DNA of 64,000 nucleotides from Octopus sinensis (taxonomy: Eukaryota). A model generated the notes under the pieces. It ran no database searches. It was given only the letters and a program-made list of their open reading frames with translations, and had not been told where the DNA came from. The translations under genes and the position numbers were made by a program. The stretch lies in NCBI RefSeq assembly GCF_006345805.1, contig NC_042997.1, positions 62,992,001 to 63,056,000 on the forward strand, read 5' to 3'. Of this stretch, positions 11,886-21,722 are shown piece after piece (within the stretch, counting starts at the first letter, position 1; the number at the start of each line of letters is the position of its first letter).

Positions 11886-12725
11886 AATAATCCTTTCTAT
11901 TAAAGGCACAAGGCCTGAAATTGTGGTGGAGGGGACTAGTCTATTACATCGACCTCAGTGCTTCACTGGTACTGAATTTATCGACCCTGAAAGGATAAAA
12001 TAGAAAGTCGAACTCGGCGGAACTTGAAATCAGAACGTAAGGACGGTCGAAATACCGCTAAGCGTTTTGCCCGGCATGCGAACGATTCTACCGGTGCGTC
12101 AATAATAATAATAATAATAATAATCCTTTCTACTAAAGGCACAAAGCCTAAAAGTTTTCGGAGGGGACTAGTTCACTACATCGAACCCAGTACGTAACTG
12201 TTACTTATTTTATCGACCCCGAAAGGATGAAAGGTAAAGAAGACCTTGGTGGAATTTGAACTCAGAACGTAATGACGGACAAAATGCTGCTTAGCACTTT
12301 GCTCGGCGTACTAGCGATTCTTCCCGTTCACCTCCTTATTTTTCTGATAATATTCGTTTCTACTATAAGCACAGAGCCTTGAAATATGGGGGAAGGGGTA
12401 ATCGGCTACATAGACCCCAGTGCTCAATTGGTAGTTATTTTATCGACAATGGAAGGATGAACGGCAAAGTCAATCTCGGTGAAATTTGAACTCAGAATGT
12501 AAGATGGACGAAACGCTGCTAAGTAGTTTGTCCGGCTTGCAAACGATTCTACTATCTCACTGCCTTAGTAGTAGTAGTAGTAATGATGGTTTAAAATTTT
12601 TGCACAAGTTTAGCAGATTCAGTGAGGAGGGGGAGTCAATTATATCTACCTCAGTGCCCAATCAGTACTTATTTTATCGACTCCAGAATGATAAAAGGTA
12701 AAATCGATCTCAGTGGAATTTGATG
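11886..12725 (-). mobile_element. Head-to-tail array of four SINE family B copies
   Basis: Four diverged copies of cctttctattaaaggcacaaggcc...tcgaccc...gaaaggatgaaagg...gaatttgaactcagaacgta, separated by (TAA)n at 12101-12123 and (TAG)n at ~12566-12582. Confidence 0.85.
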
Positions 12726-12749
12726 AGACTGTGAAGAACTAATCCACGT

Positions 12750-13222
12750 GATGCTTGAAAACACATACGTTCAATGCAGAGTTTTACGTTCAACAAATGC
12801 ATCGGCTCAAAAGACAATGTTGCTGAAATGTAGCCACCGCATTCTCCTGCGTAGTAGCATCAAATTGACATAGTTTTCGGTCGCTCTTGAACAGTCTGCT
12901 ATATGTTTCCTTCAAAAAGACGTCGAGCCGAAATCTTCTGAAGGCATTTCTTGCCGCAGCACCATCAAATTAGGAAAGACTAATTGTAAAATCAAGACAA
13001 CTAAACATTTTTTCGAAAATGTTCCCCAGTGTTATTATTTAGATATAAAAGCAGCTGACCCATTGATTTCGACATTCAAGGCATCGAGAAAATATTAGTG
13101 GAACGTTAGCAAGGAGCCGTGAACTGCAAAGAAGAATATATTAGTGACTTAACTGTTAAAATCGTTGATGGAAAGTAAAGGGAGAAAAGACAAAACGAAC
13201 GAATTTATTTGACAGTCCAATA
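12750..13222 (+). mobile_element. Classical mariner transposase 3' remnant with right TIR
   Basis: TFNAEFYVQQMHRL, a decayed PPHSP..A.SN.H.FRSLLNSL and QGIEKILVER*QGAVNCKEEYISD, followed by TIR-like cgaacgaatttatttgacagtccaa|TA (13196-13222). Confidence 0.7.
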
Positions 13223-15253
13223 CGTTGTTTCCCATACAATGTTATTCTATAGCAGTTCTGACGGTTGCAGTTATCTCCTAATTCCTAGCGGAGCTTAGGG
13301 TTGTACTGGCATAATTAGTATTTTTTAATATTTTGTAAGATGCCTAGTATAATCCGTTCTATGACTATAGTGTTTTCCCCGTGATCCATACTCGTTGCGC
13401 TAATTATGCTTTTCTGCATTGACATGTTACCTTTATTAGTGCTGTCGGAATGTAATGTATGTAAAGACATTTAAATAACTTGAGATTGAAATATATACAT
13501 GTCTATGAAAACTAAATTACTGCTAATAATATAAGATATTTAAATATATTTGAATAAACGCTACTTGCTTAATCCAAGCTACAGGGATATAAATCCAAAC
13601 AGACAAGAGTAAAATAACAAGAGACATCTGCACATATAAGTTTGCGATCTAAAGTGTAATTTTAGTTGCATGAAAGAATAGAGGAAACTCACACAGGTAT
13701 ATCAATTCGATTATTAGGAAGTTGAATCAAGCCATAGGAATAGTAATTAAATGGAAAGAGAGATAAATGCAATGTAAATCAATATGTAAACCAACTAAAC
13801 TGTGAAATTTAGAAAATAAATCATTAGGTCTGGCCATAATGTATTTGATATATAATTTTTTATTAAATCTCTGGGCTTTCAAGAAACTACGCTCTATTTC
13901 TTTTATCTAACAAATGTTCTTCAGCAAATAAATTTGCAAGTTCAGAAATCAGAGGGGAGTTTTTAGCTCGAATCAAACTAGCCGCAATGACAATGTTCTT
14001 AGTCAACTTCTTTGATATACTGTAACATTTCAAACTTCATAAGTAACTGATTGTGAAGTCATGTGACATCTAGCAAAGATTTTAGATTTTTGTATTTTAG
14101 CTAAACATGTATAAAAAATTCCTTCAGCCAAGTACAGTTGAACATAGTATTAAAATGATTATAACAGTTGCGTCTATTATTCATATTACGGGAAATATAT
14201 AATAATTTGCACTAGAATATATGCATGTGTATATATGTATGAATATTCACTCACACACACATACATATTGCTTGTTTGTGTTTATATGTATGTTGGTGAA
14301 TGTATATACTGCAACAACAATACGCTTATAAAGAATATATGCATCTATATACTTTGACACCTGCCTTTGAATATGTGTAAATATATAAATCGGGTACTTC
14401 AGTTACTATTTTGATATATGATTACTGATTATTCCACGTATAGCATGAATTGACTTTTGTCATATGCTATACACACTTCCAACATTTCTATACATTTGTA
14501 TACAAAGGTTTCTTTTTGATATGTCTATAAACCTATTTTAATAACACCTACGATACCGATACAATATAACATGATATTTATATTTGTGTATGCGAACATA
14601 CATGCTGGTTTCTTTAATTTTATCTTCATAAATAAAAACTTATTTGCATATATCGATATATATTTCAGTCGTATATATTTGAGCGTTTAATGTATTTTTA
14701 TTCATTTTCCCACTTGTTTATACTTGCACATGAATATAGGTTAATGCGGGCGGGAGTTTACCAAAAATATAGGTTTATTTCAATATATCAATAGCTGTAT
14801 CTCGGCACGGAAATTTCCATGAGAGTAAAGAAAGATCTCTTTCCAAACTCTCCCATCGGAACTTGCTGGGCATTCTGATTCCTCACAGCGGGATAGTATA
14901 GCTCCTACTTCGAAGTATGCCAGTATCTTCAGGCCAACTACAGTAATAATTTTGCGATTCTAAATTTAGAGGGACTTCCGTTAATTTCCCCAATTTCGAC
15001 ATAAATACCAAACCTATATTTATCCGCTAATGTATTAAGTATTTATATAAAAAATACTTCATTGATTTGATTTCATATTCTCTGATTCTGTCATTCAAAA
15101 ACGTTTTCTATGCTCCTTGTTTTCTCTTGCTTAATAATTCTCTACGTTGATTTAATAAGATGTTTTTTTTTATATTTACGTACACTTTAGTCGAATAGTT
15201 TTAAATTACATCAATAACTATTTTCAGTTTTGTTTGTTCGGCATCCGTTACAC

Positions 15254-15591
15254 CAGTGGTACACAGCTATTTTTTACGCTTGGACCTCTTTGAATACCAT
15301 TTTATTCTGGTGGACCTCCACAGCATGCGATGATTATAAACGAATATTTTAGATACTTCTTTCAAAATTCCTCTTTTACTTTTCACCATCCACTCGTGTA
15401 GCCTGAACTATATAAAACGTCAGAGAAAGAAATCTAGCTGTTTCTTGCAATAAATACCTCTGAATCAAACATTTTCATGGGCCTTTAATACATTACTGTG
15501 GATCCTCAAATTACAATTTCGCCAGTGTGGACTCCCAAAAATCTTACATGGATCCCCAACGGTCTTATGGATCCTGGCTGAGACTACGTTG
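15254..15591. mobile_element. Degraded hAT(Charlie)-like MITE
   Basis: 5' cagtggtacacagctattttttacgcttggacctc and 3' catggatccccaacggtcttatggatcctggctgaga resemble the CAGTGGTTCTCAAC...GGACCCC...GGTTGAGAACC pattern of hAT MITEs. Confidence 0.45.
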
Positions 15592-15712
15592 CACGTTAAG
15601 CCTTACGGTGTATCTTCGTGCTTGTGTTTCTGTGAATACGTACTAGCTGTAACATTTATATTTCCACGTGCGTATATATGCGTGTTAATATATTTCTAAA
15701 GGGACTATTAAG

Positions 15713-15744
<32 letters not shown>

Positions 15745-16125
15745 CGTGCGTGGTTTTACACAGACATACACATACATATGTAAATATGTTATATAATAAT
15801 TCATATACATGTGTCAATGTTTTTGTCGTTATATATATATCCATTGGTCATAGCGTTTTGTGGGTTTTTTTTTTGTTGACGGAATTACTGAGTTCAACGG
15901 TTTTGTATTTTCCTGATGTTAACGGCTATTTTCTGGTTCCTTCGATACTGGCTGTTTGGCTCATTGACAAATTTCGCTTCAACCCGTACAATATTTTATT
16001 TTCCATAAAAATTTGTTATTTACTTTCTACCCTTCATATTAAGAAATATAATTTCCGTTACCCAGTTCTTTTTATTGTTTAGTATCTACTGCACCTGTGT
16101 ATTTATGTGTACGTATATATGTACT

Positions 16126-16612
16126 ATGCCTAGAAGGAAAGTGTCAAATTTGTCTATAATGTCAAGGTCAACCAAAATAATGTCTCTTTCAGGGGAAAGA
16201 GAGACAGCTGCAGAAAGGGAAGCACACCAAGAAATAAATAGACTGTGCACTACAAAAGCCAGAGCATCTCAAAGTGATGAACAAAGGTATACACAGCTGA
16301 CAAGGAATAGGATCTCCAATGTAGAATGAAGAGCAGCTACAACAGCTCAGAGAAGCAACTTTTATGAAGCAGCTTTCAATTATGATCCAGCAGTTCATTA
16401 TGCAGACGATGCTAGAATTTCCATTGGTGCAATGACTATTGGGTGCATACATTGTAAAGCAAGGAAGTAGCCTGGAGAGACACATGCACTGTGCTACAGT
16501 GGCAGAGAGGTTAAACTCCTTGCAATCGTCTAACCTTTAGAGCCATTGAAGAAACTGTTGTCATCAACTGATCAAGATTCTAAGCACTTCCAAAACAAAA
16601 TTAGTAGTTGCT
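16126..16612 (+). mobile_element. Helitron RepHel N-terminal remnant
   Basis: MPRRKVSNL...AAFNYDPAVHYADDARISIGAMTIGCIHCKARK*PGETHALCYSGREVKL...PLEPLKKLLSSTDQDSKHFQNKI matches the AFNYDP / C..C.A.K...E....CC..GKV.L / PEPLK.LL......KHF N-terminal zinc-finger region of RepHel. Confidence 0.8.
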
Positions 16613-16809
16613 GTGTGGTAATTAGAAGTGGCTTTGTAGACAATATTTGATTGGAGAAACGTGTACTGCTTAGTCAAAACTTCCTCAGAAATCAAATTTA
16701 GATATTCTGAACAAATAGAACACCTGTATAAATTGAACACTTGTATGTAAACTGTTTAAACACAAAGCCCCTCTTAACACTTTCCTGTCATTTTCAAAAA
16801 CTCTATTAC

Positions 16810-17108
16810 TGTATTTTAATATGGCGTGAGGGATGTCATCGTAGAATATATAAACAGCAAGTTTAGATGGGCTGGACACATCGCTCGGCTCACCGATAAT
16901 CGGTGGACCCGCGTAGTAGTCGACAAGTACCCGCGCAAGCGGAAACGACTGCTCGGAAGGCCTCCACGACGGTGGGGTTACGATTTCAGGATGGCCATTG
17001 GGATCACATGGATGGGAAATGCGCAATCCAGAGAGGAGTAGACAGCGTGCTGTGGCCAGCGGTTCAAATGCACACCCGGCGGACTGGTCGGTCAAGGTGA
17101 TTAAGGTG
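16810..17108 (+). mobile_element. RTE-clade LINE 3' fragment
   Basis: RWAGHIARLTDNRWTRVVVDKYPRKRKRLLGRPPRRWGYDF is the RTE ORF C-terminal signature. It ends in the short repeat caaggtgattaaggtg. Confidence 0.85.
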
Positions 17109-17213
17109 CCTTCCCGTTATATACTTTGATACTTTGATACTTTGATAGGTTTCGGCCATTATTGGCCCAGGCCATGTCTAACTTACTAGCACCACCTGGT
17201 GAAGTCTTTCAAG

Positions 17214-19412
17214 TCAGAATTTGGGCACTATGGCCCACTCAAGTAGAGAGTTATTGTTTACAGAGACATATCCGGGTGTAGGGGGTTTATCCGGGATTTC
17301 TTGAAGGAATCTGTCCAAAGACTTCTTGAACCCTATAGGGTCAGTTTCTGTTTTAATGTGTTTTGGTGTAATGTTAAAGAGAGCGGGGCCAATTGAGGTG
17401 AAATAATTGTGCCGTATTGTTGTTATGAGATGAGAGTGCGATTTTTGTTTTGGGCGGATGGCACGGGGCCCAAGCCTTGGATGTACCTTAAAGGTGATGC
17501 CAACATCATTTGGGCAATGCTGATGGAATATTTTCCACATCATGCAGATGATGTAGCGCTCACGACGACGTTGGAGAGAATAGAGTTTTAGCTTTTCTAG
17601 TCGACCCCAATAGTCGAGGCCTGTCATGCCATCTATCTTTTTTGTGATTGCCCTTTGAGGTGCTTCAACTTTTATGATACCTTGTATTGTGTGGGGAGAC
17701 CACAGTGGACAACAGTATTCAAGGTGGGGTCGGGCAAAAGTGGAGAAGAGAAGGATAATGGTGTGGATATCTCTCGACTGGAAAGTTCTGAGAATCCAGG
17801 AACACATTCTGCGGGCCATGTCAACTTTGGTGTTTATATGAGTGGCCCAGCTTATGTTGTTGTCCACAATTACTCCCAGGTCTCTGATGTTGTTGGACGC
17901 CGCGAGAGTTTCACCTGAAGGAAGGGAGAATGGAAGTTTCAGGGCATCCTCTTTTCCAAAGTGGATTAGCTCAAATTTATCCTCGTTCAGCAGCATATTG
18001 TTTTTTTCTGCCCATTGGATAACAGCCAGTAGATCTGACTGTAGGCATGTCCGGTCACTCGCCTCATTTATGACCTTCTGTAGCTTGGAGTCATCTGCAA
18101 AGATTTTTATGTTGCTGTGCTTGATGATGTCATTAATGTCATTAATGTAAATGATGAAAAGAAGTGGGCCCAGCACAGTGCCTTGCGGAACGCCACTACT
18201 GACTTTGGCTGGGCTTGATTTTACCCCTTCAACTACAACATGTTGAGATCTGTCTGTCAGGAAACACTTGATCCATTTCAGTAACTTTCCAGAGACACCA
18301 ATGTTGGATAGTTTTTTCAATAGGATCTTGTGATCGACCCTGTCGAAGGCCTTACTGAAATCAAGGTAGATGACATCGGTGTTGGAGCCCTCTCCCAAAG
18401 CTCTCAAAGTGTCCTCAAAGTGATGCAGGAGCTGCGTTAGGCAGTCCCTTCCATTACGGAACCCATGTTGGTTGGAGATCAGCCGTCTGTTGCTTTCCAG
18501 AAATTGGGTTATTCGAGATCTCACCACCCTCTCAAATACCTTGATGATATGAGAGGTGAGTGAGATCGGACGGTAATTCACTGCAAGGGACTTGTTTCCC
18601 TTTTTGAAAACTGGGACAACAGACTGGGACAGAAGGTTTTTTGGAATATAGCCAGCATCCAGTGAGTTTCTCCACAGATTAGCAAGGGGAGATGCAAGTT
18701 GGTGTCGACACACCTTCAGGACACAAGCAGGGAACCTATCGGGGCCTACTGCTGAATTGTGTTTTATTTCGTTTATCGCCGCTAAGACATCAGGGGCACT
18801 AAACGTTATGTCCGATATAGTGTGTTGGGGGTTGACATCACTGATACAGCCCAGATCGGCCATATCAGGATTGCTGAAAACAGAGCAGTATTGTTTCTGC
18901 AGTATCTCGGCCATGGATTTGGCATTATCTTGGAGAGGGCCTACAGTGGAGACAGTGACCCTGCGTTTCCTCGCAAATGAAAAGAACACTTTGGGGTTGA
19001 GTTTGATTTTTTCAATGGCCCACTTCTCCTCAGCTGATCTTTGGTTATTGATGAGGGTCTTCATGCTTTGTTGGAGGTTATATTTTTTGGATTCAAGCAG
19101 TGCGATAGCCGTCGAATGTGTGTGTTGCTGTTGGCAGTACTTTAGTTTGTTAATTTTTTTGTTTGTTCTTTTTATTTTTCTGATAATGGTTTTTCTGTTT
19201 TGGGGGATTCTGCACTTTTTGTTCACAGGTCTTGGTGGGGAGTGTTTTGCACATATGTCTGTGACGGTGTCTACAAAGATCTGCCAATATGGTTTATGGT
19301 TGGTGGAGATGTGTGTGTGTGTGTGTGTGTGTATGTGTAAAGGACCAGTCAACATGTGATAGCTCGTTCCTGATTGCATCCCAGTTGGCATTATGGAGAT
19401 CCATGTCGTCAA
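17214..19412 (-). CDS. LINE ORF2 reverse transcriptase (true frame begins after the (CA)n tract at ~19308)
   Basis: Motifs YRPISLTS, QHGFRNGR, YLDFSKAFD, GVPQGTVLGPLLF, FADD, RDLGV, LEYCCPLWSP and LQRRRERY; no internal stop. Confidence 0.95.
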   Translation of the reverse strand: MTTWISIMPTGMQSGTSYHMLTGPLHIHTHTHTHISTNHKPYWQIFVDTVTDICAKHSPPRPVNKKCRIPQNRKTIIRKIKRTNKKINKLKYCQQQHTHSTAIALLESKKYNLQQSMKTLINNQRSAEEKWAIEKIKLNPKVFFSFARKRRVTVSTVGPLQDNAKSMAEILQKQYCSVFSNPDMADLGCISDVNPQHTISDITFSAPDVLAAINEIKHNSAVGPDRFPACVLKVCRHQLASPLANLWRNSLDAGYIPKNLLSQSVVPVFKKGNKSLAVNYRPISLTSHIIKVFERVVRSRITQFLESNRRLISNQHGFRNGRDCLTQLLHHFEDTLRALGEGSNTDVIYLDFSKAFDRVDHKILLKKLSNIGVSGKLLKWIKCFLTDRSQHVVVEGVKSSPAKVSSGVPQGTVLGPLLFIIYINDINDIIKHSNIKIFADDSKLQKVINEASDRTCLQSDLLAVIQWAEKNNMLLNEDKFELIHFGKEDALKLPFSLPSGETLAASNNIRDLGVIVDNNISWATHINTKVDMARRMCSWILRTFQSRDIHTIILLFSTFARPHLEYCCPLWSPHTIQGIIKVEAPQRAITKKIDGMTGLDYWGRLEKLKLYSLQRRRERYIICMMWKIFHQHCPNDVGITFKVHPRLGPRAIRPKQKSHSHLITTIRHNYFTSIGPALFNITPKHIKTETDPIGFKKSLDRFLQEIPDKPPTPGYVSVNNNSLLEWAIVPKF

Positions 19413-20244
19413 ATGGGTGGGCTGGAGGAAGGTCCCTAGGATTAGCTTTCGGCTGGTGGAATTTCATGTTACAGAGAACCATGTCATGGTCTGAAAGAAG
19501 GGTTTTTTCCACTGTAACGTTATGTATAGTGTTAGTGTGGTTACTAAACACTAGGTCCAAAATGTTCTGATGTCTTGTTGGTGCAAGGACAAGTTGGGAC
19601 AAGAAAAACTCATTCGTAAAGTCGAAAAGTGACTCTGCTGCTTCTTTGTCAGCGGTTGAGGCGGGAGTGCTTGGTTTCAAACAGTTTGTAGTCCAGTCAA
19701 CACAGGGTAGATTGAAGTCTCCCATCATGAGTATGTTGCTAGAATGGCACTGTTGAATAAAGCACTTAATGCTGTTGAGGCATTCTTTAAAGCACAGTAT
19801 GGGTGTTTGGGGCGGCCTATAGAGCCCAATTACTGTCAGGTCATTGGCTTTGTTGTGCACGGTGACTGATTCACAGTAGCCGTTGGAGAATATACTATTT
19901 CCATCTGCCGTAAATGAATCATGCAGGAAAATGGCAGTTCCACCCTTCCTCCTGCCGATACGATCCGCGCGGATGGTTGTGAAATTCTTCACTCTCACTT
20001 CGGCTTCCAAGTGGGAGTTGTCAAGGTGGGTCTCAGTGAGAATGAAGAAAGGGATGTGGTGTGAATGGTTGCCAACCCAGTCTTCAATGAATTGGACCTT
20101 CCATTTTTGTGCATTGATGGAAGGGCTGACACCTTGTGCATTGAGTAGGAATGTGGAGGTTAGTGTAGTGGCTGGTTTTGACTGTTGCAGGGGGCTTGGA
20201 GTTTTTGTGTGTGTTAGTGGCAGCAATGTGGGGAATTGGTGCAC
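19294..20244 (-). CDS. LINE ORF2 N-terminal APE-type endonuclease (frameshifted at (CA)n)
   Basis: Motifs LLNAQG, ILTETHL, RADR..RRKGG, GLYRPP, MGDFNLP, PTRHQNILDLVF and SDH. Confidence 0.9.
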   Translation of the reverse strand: MHQFPTLLPLTHTKTPSPLQQSKPATTLTSTFLLNAQGVSPSINAQKWKVQFIEDWVGNHSHHIPFFILTETHLDNSHLEAEVRVKNFTTIRADRIGRRKGGTAIFLHDSFTADGNSIFSNGYCESVTVHNKANDLTVIGLYRPPQTPILCFKECLNSIKCFIQQCHSSNILMMGDFNLPCVDWTTNCLKPSTPASTADKEAAESLFDFTNEFFLSQLVLAPTRHQNILDLVFSNHTNTIHNVTVEKTLLSDHDMVLCNMKFHQPKANPRDLPPAHPFDDMDLHNANWDAIRNELSHVDWSFTHTHTHTHTHLHQP

Positions 20245-20394
20245 TGGGGTAATAGCATAGGATGGTGTTGAGTGATGGCTAGACTGTTTTTGTGTATCTC
20301 TTTTGCCATGTTCAACATGGCTAATGTATATGGCTATATGTATGGCTATATGGCTATATGTATATGTATATGGCTATATGTATATGTATATATT

Positions 20395-20703
20395 TTTTTA
20401 ATGGTTGCCCCCTCGTTATCGAGTATGCCCATTGCACGAAGTTTAACTGTTATTGGTGCTGTGATCGAATGTGACTTTTTAGCCCAGCTAAAGATCTACA
20501 ATGTCTTGTACTGAAATGTAGTTGTAACTGGGCTTCATGTACCTTTGCATGTCGTTTAAGTCCTCCTGCCGATTTACACTCTCTTCCACATGCCTGACAG
20601 ATATGATTAGTATGGCGTGTAACACCACCACCACCAGTGGCCAGGTTGTCACTCATCTGTCTCGCTTTATGACTACGAAGATGACTCTTGAGTCTAGCTT
20701 TAC
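20395..20703 (-). mobile_element. Probable RTE-type LINE 3' end with C2H2 zinc fingers
   Basis: [32 protein letters not shown] and RHCRSLAGLKSHIRSQH followed by a short UTR and TA-rich tail. A host C2H2 retrocopy is an alternative. Confidence 0.6.
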
Positions 20704-20711
20704 TGATATAT

Positions 20712-20762
<51 letters not shown>

Positions 20763-20817
20763 ATATATATATATATATAATATATATATATAATATATAT
20801 AATATATATATATATAG

Positions 20818-20855
<38 letters not shown>

Positions 20856-20868
20856 ATATATATATAAG

Positions 20869-20914
<46 letters not shown>

Positions 20915-21644
20915 AGTATATATATATACTTATATATATGTATATATATATACATACATATATATAAGTATATATATATATATGTGTGTGTGTGTGTATT
21001 CATCAATACGCACACATATACGTGCGCGTGTTTGGCTATGTGCATAAATTTCTAATTATTGACCAGTATGAGAAAACTTTGGTTTATTTGTACATTTCTA
21101 GTTCAATAATTATAATTCACTGCGCATGTGCAGGACATTTCTCTCTATGTGCTCTGCTTTGCAAATTGATCTGATATGCCAACATAATTGGTAAATATTT
21201 AATTTTAAAATAAAATGCACGGTATTTTAATTGAGAACGTAGATTCAAAATTATATTATTTGCTGAATAAATAATTCGGATTAGATATTTCGTATAAAAT
21301 ATACATATTCAGATCCCATCCCACCAAATGTATAGCTAAACATACGCAGTTATATGTGCAAACGGTTTAATATTAAAGTGATTTGCTACATTTCATAAAG
21401 AGGATTGAATTCAGTAGTAAACCTATACAAATTTGTTCCAGATATATAGTGATACATGTATGCACATAAACATCGCTTATATACATATAAAAGAAGGGAT
21501 GGTATTATTAAAATACCATCCCGCATGGCAAGTGAGTTATCCGTCGTACAGGCAAATTAATAAAATATATCGAATATCTAAGGTGTTTTATAATATTTAA
21601 TTGGAGTAAGGTGAATACAAAAATGGAGAAGTTGAAGTAATTAA

Positions 21645-21722
21645 TGTCTTACAGCTGTTTCTGGGATATCCCAGAGGAATGGTCAACAACCCCATACACT
21701 TGGTATTCCGTCTTCAGAAACA
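21645..21722 (-). ncRNA. Type I hammerhead ribozyme motif with palindromic stem III
   Basis: Minus strand TGTTT-CTGAAGA-[GGAAT..ATTCC; TGGG-atat-CCCA]-GAA-ACAGCTGT-A-AGACA. Core is intact, stem I has 5 bp, cleavage triplet GUA at 21650. Confidence 0.65.

Larger units (their letters stand above)
17123..20330 (-). mobile_element. CR1-clade LINE, near-complete ORF2, 5' truncated
   Basis: EN ORF plus RT ORF; 3' UTR hairpin GGCCA-ataa-TGGCC (17154-17167) and (ATCAAAGT)3 tail (17123-17146). Confidence 0.95.

Noticed and set aside
11886-12725. CRISPR-like periodic array
   Set aside because: Units are ~230 bp SINE copies found dispersed elsewhere; there are no short repeats with unique spacers, and the context is eukaryotic.
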